Positions 1 to 14,721 of a DNA stretch of 64,000 nucleotides are shown here, piece after piece (within the stretch, counting starts at the first letter, position 1; every line of letters starts with the position of its first letter). Where the stretch lies: contig NC_068989.1 in NCBI RefSeq assembly GCF_001194135.2, positions 19,191,644 to 19,255,643 of the forward strand. Reading direction: 5' to 3'. The position numbers and the translations under genes were made by a program. The notes under the pieces are model-generated. The model worked only from the letters and a program-made list of their open reading frames with translations, was not told where the DNA came from and ran no database searches. The DNA comes from Octopus bimaculoides (Eukaryota).

Positions 1-44
1 ACATTTGATAGAGTGATAAAGTGATCTGAATGCTAAAGGGTTAA
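1..44. mobile_element. Right end of a piggyBac-type MITE (CCCTTTAGCATT family), cut by the window start
   Basis: AATGCTAAAGGG|TTAA at 29-44 is the reverse complement of the left end TTAA|CCCTTTAGCATT seen at 18543 and 58242. A TTAA target with a CCC terminus is the established piggyBac signature. Confidence 0.65.
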
Positions 45-1379
45 GAAGAATTAAGGCGAATTGCATCAGAGATATTGAAGGTGTGTGTGAATATGTAGAA
101 GTTGTTACCAACTGAACTCGAAACACTACAAATGACTTATTGCTGCATTTAATACTTAGAAAATTTGTAAATATTTCATTTTGTTTGCTTGATCCTACTT
201 CACATAAAACCACTGACATCATCACCATCACCACCATCATCATCATCACAATGGTGCAATCTAATGTTTTATTAAGCCTTTTTCTTAAGTGGTAAATGTT
301 TGTTCATTGTAAATAAATAAATAAAAGATGAAAGAAAAGACGCTTATATTGTTTGTGTGTCTTAACAATGATATAACCGTCAACAGTTGCTCTTTCCCTG
401 ATGGTATGGAAAAGAAGAAGAAGCCTTGGGAAAAGTCCCAGGTGGCACAGGGTTGTAGAAGAAGAAGACAAAGTTGAAAAGCATCAGATTAAAAATAGCC
501 CTTGTCTCTCTCTCTCTCTCTCTCTCTCCCCAACCTATTCCCTCCTGAGGTGGGCATTTCCCCCCACCTCCTCTCCTCCCCACCTAATTTTCTTTTGTAT
601 TGATTTTGTTTCATATTAATCCCTTTTCAGAAACGACAATTATTCCAATGCAGATAAGGTTGGAACAGCTGATGGAGGTTTCTTTATATATATGTGAGCA
701 AGCCTCCCTACATCTCACCTTCACCTCGACTCTTATCCATAATTCTACTTTCTCTGTCTCTCCCCCTCTTTCTCTCTCTCTCTCCCTCTTTCTCTCTCCC
801 TTCCCAGCTTGCTGCACCTCCACCAGTTCTCTGACATGTAATTTTCATCTCAAATGGCAGTGCTATTTCTTCCTTCCCCTCACATTCCTGGCCTCTGCCA
901 ACCCCGGCCCACCTCTGTCTGCTCTATCATATCATGGAGGAAAGGAAGGTGACGGGGGGCGGGTGGATGGGGGTAAGGGTGCTGTTATAGTATACTTACT
1001 ATATGTACCTGTAGCAGGTGTTATAAAGGACTTTGTCAGTGGGTGGGTGTGGAGGTGGGAATTCTGGCAAGGGAAGAGCAGAGGTGGGTGAACTAGTAAT
1101 TCTATACAAATACCACCACCGCTGCTGCTGCTCTTACTACTACTACTACAACCACCACCACTACTAACTGACTTTGTGCTACCTTGGTCTTATTGTTTCC
1201 ATTGTAACGCTCTCCCCCTCCCCCCTGTTGGACAAACAGATTTTCCAGGGCTTCTATGTGCCCTTTGTCAGTAATGTCCACCTCTGCACTTCCCCTTTCT
1301 CCCAACTGATCTCATAAGGGGCTGATTCTTTTAACAGGATCATCCTATTGTTTGTTCTGCTTCATGTTCTTATTGTCTG

Positions 1380-1650
1380 TTCTTTACTCTTTTTTTTCTT
1401 CTTTTTTTTTTTCCTTTCTTCCATTTTGGTGCAGTCTTTCTGTTTTTCTTGCACTCTGTCATCATCATCATCATCATCATCAGTGCCGCTATCATTGCTA
1501 CAACTTACCACCACCATCACCATCATCATTGTTACTCCTACCACCACCATCACCACCACCACCACCATCACTATTACCAATATCACCCACATCTTGGTCA
1601 CTATTGTCATCATCATCATCATCATTGCTCATCACCATCATTGCCACCAG
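1380..1650. repeat. Compound microsatellite / low-complexity tract: poly-T, (CAT)n, (CAC)n
   Basis: Directly visible; it generates the poly-His/Ser/Pro ORFs in the track. Confidence 0.95.
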
Positions 1651-1828
1651 AACTCAGTATATTTAATATTTTATCAAAGCAGTTTAGGTAATTGTTGAAT
1701 GCAGTGTAGCACATTATGATGGTGATGATGATGATATCCATAATAGTAGTGATACTGGCTGTGATAATATCATTAATATTTTTCTTTATATTCTTCAATA
1801 TTCTTTATATTTTGTCTCACCGACTATC

Positions 1829-1865
<37 letters not shown>

Positions 1866-2024
1866 CCCTTCGTACATCAAATCAAGATTTATTTATTTTG
1901 TAACAATACCTGCAATCTTTGGTGACATTTTCCTTTACTGCAGCAGATGGCTGGGATCTGAAGCCATTTTTATTTATTTATTCATCACCATCATTGTCAG
2001 TATATGTTTGTGCATGTGTCTACG

Positions 2025-2091
<67 letters not shown>

Positions 2092-2539
2092 AGCAGAACC
2101 TAGTATATTTTCATAACACGTACACACACACATATTTATTATAAACATGCTTGTATGTGTTCTGTTTGCTGAAAGTATATTTAAGAATTATGTTTTCATT
2201 TCTTTGTCCATGTACATACAAGATTCCAATTTGAGAGCTCTGAGAAAACATCCCCTGCTAAGATAGATTTAGAATATCTCCTATTCAAAAGGCAAACGCA
2301 TGCACATACACATATGCATGTGTGTGTGTAGAGAGAGAGAGAGACACGTGTGCGTGCATGCACACACACGTGGTCTGACCTCCATTAAAATTCTGTTTAG
2401 ATAGAAGAAAAGAAACAGTCAAAAATTGTGAAATATGACAGCTTTTGTTTTCAGTTGTAATGCTCTGTCTCTACCTGTCTTTCCACACACACACATATAC
2501 ATACATACACATATATATTTGCTCAGCAACTATACAAAA

Positions 2540-2780
2540 GACATGAGCAGGGAAGAAATTCCAGCGTGGTTAGGCGTAACATGGATAATGTCAGAGGAAG
2601 AGAAACAAGTAAAGTACGGAGTGTATGAGTACAGGTGGTAGGAGACCAGCCAGCTAACCCTACAGAACAGAAGCCTTTGTAGTACCAGTAGAAAAGGCAG
2701 AAAGAGAAGGTAGCATTCATGGGTTAGTCTATGACTGGTCTTTGGTTTCAAGGTTGCATGTGGATGATGCATGGTTGGAG
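2540..2780 (+). mobile_element. Heavily decayed RTE LINE C-terminal fragment
   Basis: Translation AWLGVTWIMSEEE...SRKGRKRR* resembles the RTE C-terminal pattern RLRWxGHVxRM...RGRPRKxW; multiple stops. Confidence 0.35.
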
Positions 2781-3121
2781 GAGGGGGAGAGAATTACGAA
2801 GGGTAGAGTCATCTGTATAGATGTAGGTATTGTTTGATGTGACACCAGGTAGGACATTTATCTGTGGAAGGTGCTGAGTGAGTGAAAAACCAAACCCTAG
2901 CGGACACTAGGATTGATAATGTGGGTCGTAAAGAGCTTGACATTATATGACGGTTGTAAACAAGTATCATCATAGAAGTGGTGTCCTTCATTGCCATTCT
3001 CAGCGAAAACATGTCCTGCAATGGGGGGAAATAATGCTTTGTTTCAGGGCAAGTGAAGGGCATCCGTCTCAACAAATTCCATCTGACCTATGCAAACAGA
3101 AAAGCGGGTTTTAAAATGATG

Positions 3122-3169
<48 letters not shown>

Positions 3170-3871
3170 ATGTGTACATGTGTACACACACACACACACT
3201 CATCAGAATTTAAAGTTTTATGATTATAGTTTTCATATGCTCACAGTTGTATTATGAAGGCATGGTGTCCCTTTTTGGTTTAGTAGATGTTTATATATTT
3301 TCAGGGTAAATAATTCACTGAGATAGGGATATAAAAATACATAGTTCATCAAGAAACATTTCCCTATGACAAAGATCTTATAATATACTTGCAGTGCACC
3401 CTGGCATTGCTTGGGTGTTATGACCTACAGCCACATTGTATTATTTGTTCCTTTCTTATGGGCAGAATTGGCACACAAGGAGTATGAAGCAAACAATTCT
3501 TTATAAACATGATTTTTGATCATTTTCTGATGAACAATACTGCAGTTTCTGTCTACCAAATTCAGCCACAAGTCTGTGGTTGGCCTAGGGCTATAGTAGA
3601 AAATACTTGCCCAATATACCATGCAGAGGGACTGAACGTGAAACTATTTGGTTGGGAAGCAAACTTCTTAACCACACAGTCATTCTTGCACCTAATACGT
3701 GTGTGTGTTTACATTTGTTGTTAAATCAAGTATTGTGTCCCATTTTGTTTCAAAGTTAACAGTTCATCAAGCAGAGATCTATACAATAAATGCCAGATTG
3801 AAATATGTACTGAGGGCAGTATGTTCATTTAAATTTTTGAAGGCGATGTCCCATCATGCCAACAGGCGAAA

Positions 3872-4009
3872 GACTAAACCCAGTAAAATAATGTTTGAAG
3901 ACAATAATGTTCCAAACTTCATATTCATCTCATTATCTTGTGGTTAGTAATTCATTACCTTAAATTTGAAGCCATTAAGTCTTTAAACATTATTTTACTG
4001 GGTTTAGTC
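3872..4009. repeat. Fold-back element: 31-bp inverted repeat arms with a 76-bp spacer
   Basis: 3872-3902 GACTAAACCCAGTAAAATAATGTTTGAAGAC matches the reverse complement of 3979-4009 at 30/31 positions. Confidence 0.9.
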
Positions 4010-6197
4010 AGGCAGAGTTGCCATCCTTAGCTAAAGACCTCAAAATTGTGTGACCTGACCTTGTTTTCGAGGTTATTTTTGTAGTAAAAATGAGTTGTTG
4101 TGCAAAAAACATACTTTATTTGGTAACCAAAAGATTACTGAATCTTTTGATACCTCATACATCAAAGTCAGCAACACAGTTTTTGAATCCATAAGGAACA
4201 TAAGCACACACACACACACACACAAAACTCTGTTTTATATATTAAGATAACTGAACATTTAACATAGAGTAGTATGTCAAAATATACTCTATTAAGTTAA
4301 GGAGCTTGTGACTCGTGGAATTGCACAACTTGACCCGTTAGAGGCATATGGTGTTTTGGTATGTGTGTAGTCCAAAGATCAAATTTTTTTCTGTTGAAAT
4401 TGAAACTGATGGGTGCATGTACAAAACAAAGGATAAAGTGCCTAAAACTATTAGTATGTAAAACTATATATATTATGAAAGCTTATAAACAGTACACTAC
4501 ATCTATCACAATAAGAAAACCTGGAACACCACAATACAGGTAAATAAATAAACTAATAAGCATAAATGTTACTGTGAAAAAACAAAAAATTATGTGCTGA
4601 AAGACAATCTCTGATTGGTTATTACACTTGAAAACCAACCATTTACAATGTTTGTTTCATTGGGCCAATGGATTGGCCTCAAAGTCCTTTCAGTTTGTAT
4701 TTCTTGGGTCAATCAGTCAGCTTGGGCATCTCAAGAGGGTTAACCATCTTCACAACCATCAACTATTGCTGTTCATGTCACAATTCTCTCTTTCTCTGTC
4801 TGTCTGTCTCCTCTCACTCTCTGCATGTATTGCAGTACAAGTAAGAACTTGTTCATAATACCACTTACATATCTCTACTAAAACCTTACATAACACCAAT
4901 ATCTTCACCTATTTAAACTTTTCCTGACTGATTACTAGGTATGTTGCTATGTGAGTGGACTGGTTGTGTAGACAACATGGGTTGTTAACATGATAGTTGG
5001 CTTTAACAGTTGATTCCGATCGCTTGTTTGACATTATCTCATCCACTGGCATCGCCTGAGATTGGTACTTCCTTGTTCCGTTGCTGTCTCATCATCTTTC
5101 TTGCTCAACTGTGATTTGAATTGAAACTATAGTAGGATTGTATATTGAAAATGTTGCCTCTATTAGATCTTCAGTCTCTGTGCTGTCTGACCTGGCATGC
5201 CATTTGTTTTAAAGGTCACTCATCTCTCTTCAGAGAATCACCAGATTTATTGGGTTTGGAATTTCTCTTCAATGCTTCCCACACTACTCTTATGTAATCT
5301 CCAGCATATGTAATTAGCTTGCATGTATACACGTACACTTATTTGGCCACATGAATTTACTTCTATTTAAAATATGTGTGTGAATAGAGAAACAAGATAA
5401 AGATGACATATTTAGCTGTAAATTTTGAAGAATAACATTCTTGCCTTTTTTTCTCTGATAGACAAGTTTTAAAGTATCTCAAGATAGTGCTTGAGGTGTA
5501 TGTGTGTGTGTGTGTAATAATACCTTTTGAACTATTTCCTGGTGTATTTTGCAGGGTGTCTTTGTTACTAAACCATGAATCAAGCAGAAGTGTTTGAAAT
5601 AAAATTAAAAAGAAAAAAAAAAAATATTAAAAAGGGTGGATGGAGTGAGGAATAAACAGATAAAAAAAACCATTGATTGTAGAATGTTGTTGTTTCTGTT
5701 GGTTCTTGGTGCTAATGTTTAGTATTCTGGTCTTAAATTGATGGCATTTACTTATTACCTTTAGATCTGTTATGTGTCCCACGGCAGAACTCTTCTACTT
5801 TGACTTAGGGTTGTTGAGTGAAAGAGAGAGAGAGTGCGTGTGTGTGTGTATCTGTCTGTCTGTGTGTCTGAAAGGAAAGAAAGCATTTGTTGTTGTAAAC
5901 TTTATTTCCAGTTACTTTGATTTGATCTCACCATTGCTTGACCTACATGGTCTACTTGTTGTACTTGAGTGTATTGATCTAATCTTAGTTGACCTATATG
6001 ATCTACTGATTTTGTTTGGGTTATTGATCAAGCCTCTCTTAAACTAAATGATTTGCTGATGATCAGTCTTGACCTATTTAGCTCTACTTGGCCTATTTTT
6101 ATGGCTTCAGTTACTTTTCTAAAACTCCTTTATTTTTCACTTGTTTCCTATCAAAACCTGTTTTAGCCCTAATCATAGGTTCATATAGTTTTCACAA

Positions 6198-6237
<40 letters not shown>

Positions 6238-6645
6238 CCTTGTGAAGTGTGTCTATTCTCCATTCCAACCATTGGATGTAAAATTGATGATATCATCATT
6301 TAATATCCATATTCCATGGCATGGTTCAGATGATGACAGGATCTGATAGGTCAGAGGACTTTATTGAGCTCCAATGTCTGTTTTGGTGTTGTTTCTTCAG
6401 CTGGGCCTTCCTAACACCAACCACTTTACAAAGTGTATTAGGTACTTTGCTGTGTCTCCAGCACTACTGAGGTCACCAAATGGCATGCAAGAGAAAACAC
6501 ATTAATTGGGGTGAGTGTAGTACTGAAGGTGATGGCTTATGGCAAGTGCTGAGATGCAGAAATATGATATGATATGGGCAACCAGCCACAGAAAGCTTGG
6601 AAAAGTAGATGTTAAATGGTGATGATGATGATGATATTTGATATT

Positions 6646-7012
6646 CTTTTATTCGTTTACTTGTTTCAGTCATTTGACTGTAGCCATGCTGGAGCACTGC
6701 CTTTAGTCAAACAAATCACCCCAGGATTTATTCTTTTGTAAGCCTAGTACTTATTCTATCGGTATCTTTTGCTGAACTGCTCAGTTACGGGGACGTAAAC
6801 ACACCAACATCGGTTGTCAAGTGATGGTGGGGGGATAAACACAGACACAAATATATACATATATATATATATACGATGGGCTCCTTTCAGTTTCCATCTA
6901 CCAAATCCACTTACAAGGCTTTGGTTGGCCTGGGGCTATAGTAGGTGTCACAGTGGAATTGAACCCAGAACCATGTAGTTGGTAAGCAAGCTACTTACCA
7001 CACAGCCACTCT
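6646..7012 (-). mobile_element. tRNA-derived SINE, family A (resembles octopus OR-type SINEs)
   Basis: Reverse complement of the family consensus: head GAGTGGCTGTGTGGTAAGTAGCTTGCTTACC, central (TA)n, tail GCTCCAGCATGGC..CAGTCAAATGACTGAAACAAGTAA. The family name is from memory. Confidence 0.85.
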
Positions 7013-8149
7013 AACAGTAGAATAGGACATTATATATGTATTATAGAAGGGAGAGAGTAGATGATATGACGAGGTGGACTCGGCCATAGTTTTTTTTTGC
7101 TGATTCAATCCACTACTTGACTCTTTAAATTATGGGATTTACGAATGTATATATTTATTTATTAAGGATTCTAGATAGTAAGTAAGTATATGAAAGTAAA
7201 CTTTTTTCTTGTCTTATTTCAACAAAGTTGGTTCTGTATTGGAAGAAAACTTCTTTGTCAGCAACTTGAAGTCTTTTCTCTTTGTTTTTCTGCTGACATA
7301 TATCAATAACCTGTCATTGCCATTTCATTCCTCCCATGTCCCCTCCTAGCATTACTGCATTCTCACATTTACTACTACATACCACTATCATCAACGACCT
7401 TCCATTGCTGCAGTAACTATTATTATTATTATTATTGTTATTTTTACCACTACTGAGGTGCCATTTCCGGTGTCTGTGGCATAATGCCTCTTTCTCCAGT
7501 CAAAATAGTTTGACTAGGCCAACTATTTTGATTGTAATTAGGGTCCACCACAACCAAACAAGACATATGACTCTTACACCACCAACGCCCAGCACCCCTA
7601 CCTCTTAGTTGGTGGTTGAGATATTACACATACAATACAATAGCTACCCTAGGTGGGTTTTAAAGTAAACTATAATACGGGGTACAAGTGCATGTGGTGG
7701 GTAAATAAAGAAAACAATGGCATTCAGTCAGGTCGACACCAAACAGGATATGTTCTGTACACACGCATGCATGTACGCACATGCGTGCACACACACACAC
7801 GTATTATGAGTGTAGCCCCCACCTCCTTGCCTACTCTCACTTTGCTTGTTGATCATTAAGAAAAATAAGATAGGATAGTAAATACAATGTAGTACTAACA
7901 CACACACACAGATTTATTTGAATTAAGTAACTGAAGAGTATAAAAGTTAAAGAGAATGTTTTAACACTGGAAGACAGCAGTGTACATGACAATGTGGGTG
8001 ACCTTTTTCAATATTGTCACTATACCTGCAGCACTCTTGTGTAGTTTTTGACAGAGCTATATATAATAGTTCATGTACAAGTAGATCAGTTGGAGAGAAC
8101 AGAGTTGTTATATTTGATGACTAACACCAAGATATATTGACTGAGAGAA

Positions 8150-8775
8150 GCGTCTAGATGTGGCACAGTTTGGTTTTGTGCCAGGGGGAGGCATTACTAA
8201 TGCTATCTTTCTAGTTTGACAGAAGCATTTAATCCAAAATAATCCTCTGTACTTGGCTTTTGTCAATGTGCAGAAAGCTTGTTTTAACAGGGTCCCTTGC
8301 TCACTTTCTTATCTGGTGGTCAGTGTGTAAGCTAGGAATAGGTGAGTGGTTGGTGACAGCTGTACAAGCCATATACAGAGATGCTGACAGCAAAGTGAAA
8401 GTCAGCAATGAGTATAGCAACAAACTTAGTGTATAGGTAGGAGTTCACCAAGGACCAATTCTCAGTCCTCTCTTGTTTTTCATAGTCCTCCATGCCATAA
8501 CAGAGGAATTTAAGATTGGTTGCACTTGGGAGCTCCTCTACACTGATGACCTTGTTCTTAGAGCTGAATTCCTACAAGAATTAGAGAAGAAATTTCAGGT
8601 GTGGAAGCAAAATCTGGAATCAAAGGGCCTTAGAGTTAATTTAGCAAAAACCAAAGTCCTAGTAGGAAAGCAGACAAGTTACAAATCCCTTCAGGGATAG
8701 GACCCTGCTTGATATGTAGAAAAAGTGTAGATAGAAATTCCATGTGGTGTATCGGACACATAAGAGGTGCTGTGA
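8150..8775 (+). pseudogene. Decayed RTE-clade reverse transcriptase fragment
   Basis: Pieces QFGFVPG..T.AIFLV, PLYLAFVN..KA, GVHQG, ELLYTDDLVL (YADD motif), WKQNLESKGLRVNLAKTKVL, followed by PHD remnants; frameshifts and stops present. Confidence 0.85.
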
Positions 8776-9691
8776 CACAGGACATTTTTGATGTCCATCT
8801 TCCATGTTGACATAGGTTGGGCAGTTTGACAGGGTCTAATGGGTCCAAAGGGCTGCATTGTGCTCCAATATCTGCTTTGGTAAGGTTTCTATGGCTGGAT
8901 GCCCTTCCTAATGCTAACCACTTTACAGAATTTACTGAGTACATTGTAGTGGCACCAGCACTAGTGAAGTCACCATGCAGCTTGCAAGCTAGAGATCTTT
9001 GACTGAATAGGTTTACAGTAGAGAAGGAGGCAGCTTCATGCTTGGAGATTAAAGGTTAAAGTAAAAATAGAAGGACCTCAAACAGAACAGATGTCTTGCT
9101 GTAGGAACTACTTAGCTATACATATTTTTTTCAGTTTACAGTTGACATTAATACTGTAAACAGATGCCCTGTCTATGGAAACTGGAATAAAGAAAGTTGA
9201 ATGATTTGTAGAACCACTTTTGTAGAACAGTGCAGCTACTTCAGTAGATGTTGAGAACGTATTCATCCAGACATGCCACCTTATACTAAATATGTATTTG
9301 GTTGAATCAACTATGAAAAGAAAGATTCAAACCTGGCTCCAGTGCTTTGTATGGCATTCATTAGATGAGGGTTTCTCAATCCTTCTCACCAAATGCCTAC
9401 CAAAAACAATTGAATACTTACTACAACCAGGGTTGTCTTAGCAGCATTGTAGGTCCCCAGGCCCTGTAATATTTACTTACCAAGAGCAACCCATAGCGTA
9501 CATAGAATTAGGTCCCTAGATCCATCATGTTCCTCAGTTTTAAAATACTGAGCATTAAAATATTTACTCATTGACAACAAACTGTAACATTCTTAGATTA
9601 GAATTAGGCTCCTGGACCCCTGAGTAACTGCCCAGTGTTTTCATGCCTGAAGGTAGTGCTGACTACAACCCTCAAAATTTACCATGTTTAA

Positions 9692-9964
9692 CCCATAAAC
9701 TGCTGGCATTTTGCTGTATGTAACATGAACTGCTGAGCCTATTTTGGGTAAAGATCAACATCGATCTATCACTCGAAAAAAAATACTCAGTGTTTCTTAA
9801 CACCTTCTGTGATTGACTACACTGTTTCTGGGGTGAAAGGGTATCGTGTGCATACATTATACGTCATTAAAATTAAGTCAGATTATGTCCTACTTCTGTG
9901 GCCACGCATGTGGCCTGTCGCACTGTCGCGTTGGCCACTGAGGTGGCCTATCGCAGTTTATGGG
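9692..9964. mobile_element. 273-bp piggyBac-type MITE with a perfect 12-bp TIR and TTAA TSD
   Basis: TTAA(9688-91)|CCCATAAACTGC ... GCAGTTTATGGG|TTAA(9965-68). Confidence 0.9.
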
Positions 9965-10267
9965 TTAATAAAGATAGTGACTGTACTTAAATTTAGAATA
10001 AACGTATTGCTCACTGTTCCCTTCATGGCTGTGAATGCTTCCTTAGCAGGTGCAGAATACATGCTGTTAGGAATCATTGAGTAAGGTGTTGAAAACTTAT
10101 TGTTGCTCTTTGTTCGATGGTTCTTTTTGGCTGTTTACTTCAGTTCTCTGCAGGTTGTGGTTGATTATGTCTGAGGATATTTCAAAACATTATAATGCTT
10201 TTGAAGACAAGAGCTACCATCTTGAAGATAAAGTTTGCAAATTAGTGATGAAACACTTCTGTAATTG

Positions 10268-10600
10268 TTCATCACATCATCATTATCGTTTAATATCCAC
10301 TTTCCATGCTGGCATGGGTTGGATGGTTTGACATGGAGCTGGCTAGCAGAGAGTTTTCCAGACTCCCAACTGTCTGTTGTGGCACGGTTTCTATGGCTGG
10401 ATGCCCTTCCTAATGCCAACCACTTAAGAGAGTGCACTGGGTACTGTTTATGTGCAACTGGCACGGGTGCATTTATGCAGCACCACTATGGATGTGTGGC
10501 ACAGCACTGGCATGGGTGCTTTTTAAGTGGCACCAGCACCTGGAAGGACAAGCCTGTATGTGTGGAAGAAGGAAAAGATAGGAAAGGGTTATTACCAAAA
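10268..10600 (-). mobile_element. RTE 3'-UTR-derived repeat (family C) with (GAT)n tail
   Basis: Reverse complement of GTGGTTGGCATTAGGAAGGGCATCCAGCC.TAGAAAC...CATGCCAGCATGGAAAGTGGATATTAAACGATAATGATG. Related copies at ~6290-6560, 8790-9000, 15625-15860, 44385-44760 and 56420-56700 (all minus) and at 53255-53425 and 55340-55520 (plus). Confidence 0.8.
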
Positions 10601-11094
10601 GCAGCGGACATTATTAGAGCTGCAGAGTCACTTCGTTAGAAATCTTAAGTCCAAAATCTTCTGCCATTGACAGCTTATGATTTTGCAAGTCATTCAGTTG
10701 GAGTGGTGTTTGTTGTTGCCATTTGTCAGCAAATTGTTTGTTTGCTTTGTGCCTTTGAAGATGAATCCCTTATATGAAAAAAGAAACAGGTAAGGGTTAG
10801 CAACAGGAAAGGTTTCCAATTATAAAACAATGCCTTAATAATAAATATGTTTAATCTATGCTGACATGAAGATGTGAGTGTAGAAACAAACAAATGAAAA
10901 GAATGTTGATTGAGCTGAGGTTTCACAAAAGATCATTGTGAATTGATAAAATCAACTCCAGTATTTGACTGATATTTAATGAGTTGGAAACACAAAGTGG
11001 GCCATGGCAGGATTTGAACTCAAAGCAAGGGCTGTAAGACATTTTATGCAACACTCTAATGATTCTGCCAACCTACAACTATTATTACTACTAA

Positions 11095-11295
11095 TAGTAA
11101 TAATCCTTTCTACTATATAGGCACAAGGCCTGAAATTTTTGGTAGGGAGAGGAGACTAGTGGATTACATCAACCCCAAGTATTCAACTGGTATTTATTTT
11201 ATTGACTCTGACAGCATGAAAAGCAAAGTCAACCTTGGCAGAATTTGAATCATTGTGTCCAGCATGCTAATGGTTATGCCAGCTCACAGCCTTAA
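11095..11295 (-). mobile_element. tRNA-derived SINE, family B (central GTCGACTTTGCCTTTCATCC...GGTCGATAAATTAAGTACCAG domain)
   Basis: Degenerate reverse complement of the cleaner copies at 27668 and 35074, flanked by (AAT)n. The central domain resembles the MetaSINE-type conserved domain (recalled, not searched). Confidence 0.65.
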
Positions 11296-12109
11296 TAAAA
11301 TGATAATAATAATAATAATAATAACAACAATAACAATATACTTTCAAATGTAATAATCAAGAGTTTAGTTAGTATAGACCAACCATCAGTAACAGTGAAA
11401 GGTCAGCTACATGTAAAACAAACAGTACATTGCACTTAGTATCAAAACAGTACTTTTAGTATGTCTGTGTTGTGATGTCATTTAAGATGGGGGTGGGAGC
11501 AGAGGTTTGACCTCACAAGCATTGTAATACAAGTGTATTTTAGTTGTTAACATCCTCCCACGCTGTTATACTGCCGACACACATCTGTCTATCTATATAT
11601 ACTATCTACAGCCATCCATCAATTCAATTATCTATTTATGTCTCTATCTACCATTCATCTGTCTGTTACCTATCAGCCTTCATCTGTTGTCTGACTGTTG
11701 TTTTTGTTGTTGTTTGTTGTCTGCTTTTATTTTGGGTTTTATCTGTTCATCTAATTCTGTGTATGTGTGTGTGTAAAGACATATACACAGCTGTCTTTCT
11801 TTCTCTCTCTACCTCTGTTTCTCTGTCTAGCTTCAACTAGTTGAAGTGAAATGACCAAATTGGTGTTGCTCTTCTATATGGAGGAGATGGAGGCACTTAA
11901 ATCTACAGTGCCTCAGTTTACCTGGTCGTCAGATATTGGTAGCAGATCAGTTATGAGAATGCTTTCTTTGCATGCAGTAAAGCCTATTGTTTATATCCAG
12001 AAGGAAATTTTATATATAATACCATGTGACCAGAACTAAGGAATCACCTTTAAAAGATTCCTTTACTTAGGCTTTTATATTACAGTAATTTCTAACATAG
12101 GTGCAATGG

Positions 12110-14130
<2,021 letters not shown>

Positions 14131-14721
14131 TGGGGGACAGCAGCATTATGCATCTGAAAAGAAAGCTCGCATATGCATTTGGCAGATCTTGTAAATATAC
14201 AGATAGGCTTCAACATGCATACACTTCATCATCATTATATTCATTTCATATTCCCTACATTCAAAGGGAGATAGACACTAGATAGGGATGGGAGGGAGGG
14301 GCAGAGTGTTCTGTCTAGGTAACTGTTAGAGGTGCTCAGGACAAAGACATCTATGTCTGTTCTATTTTCTAGCTATGGCCGATGTGGTATAGCCACAGAC
14401 AAGCGAGCCACCAATTAACAATCAACACGGGAAAATAAGTGATTAACAAAACAGGGAGAGGGGAGTGCAATGAAATTTCCGGGAATTAGGGCTAGTTGAG
14501 GAAACAATGGACCACTTGGATGAGATAGCAAGTAACAAAACAAAAGAAATGAAGAGATGGAATTTTCAAGATTTAGAGCAAAAGTAAACAGATTTGAACA
14601 ATTGGATTTCTTAACTTTGCTATAACATACCGCTAAACACATAGCTAAATGAATAACAATAATAATTATAGTGAACGCTATAGACTGAAATTTGAATTGA
14701 ACATTTGCATTCTTAAGTAAG

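Noticed and set aside
600-1698. Poly-His/Pro/Ser/Leu ORFs at the window start (and similar ORFs at 63096-63474)
   Set aside because: They are translations of trinucleotide and (CT)n microsatellites that stay open in several frames on both strands.
4980-5310. Decayed Penelope GIY-YIG end plus LTR (minus; DYIRVVWEAL..SLKRDE)
   Set aside because: Similarity is limited to a few residues and the expected hammerhead core is not recognisable; it cannot be supported without a profile search.
9850-9863. 14-nt match to loxP (GCATACATTATACG)
   Set aside because: Only the spacer plus 6 nt of one arm; the other arm is absent and the match lies inside a MITE. Chance match, not a vector trace.
10165-10225. 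Third hammerhead (CTGAGGA plus a TTCAAAA:TTTTGAA hairpin)
   Set aside because: No GAAA after the stem and no convincing helix I; at best a dead remnant.
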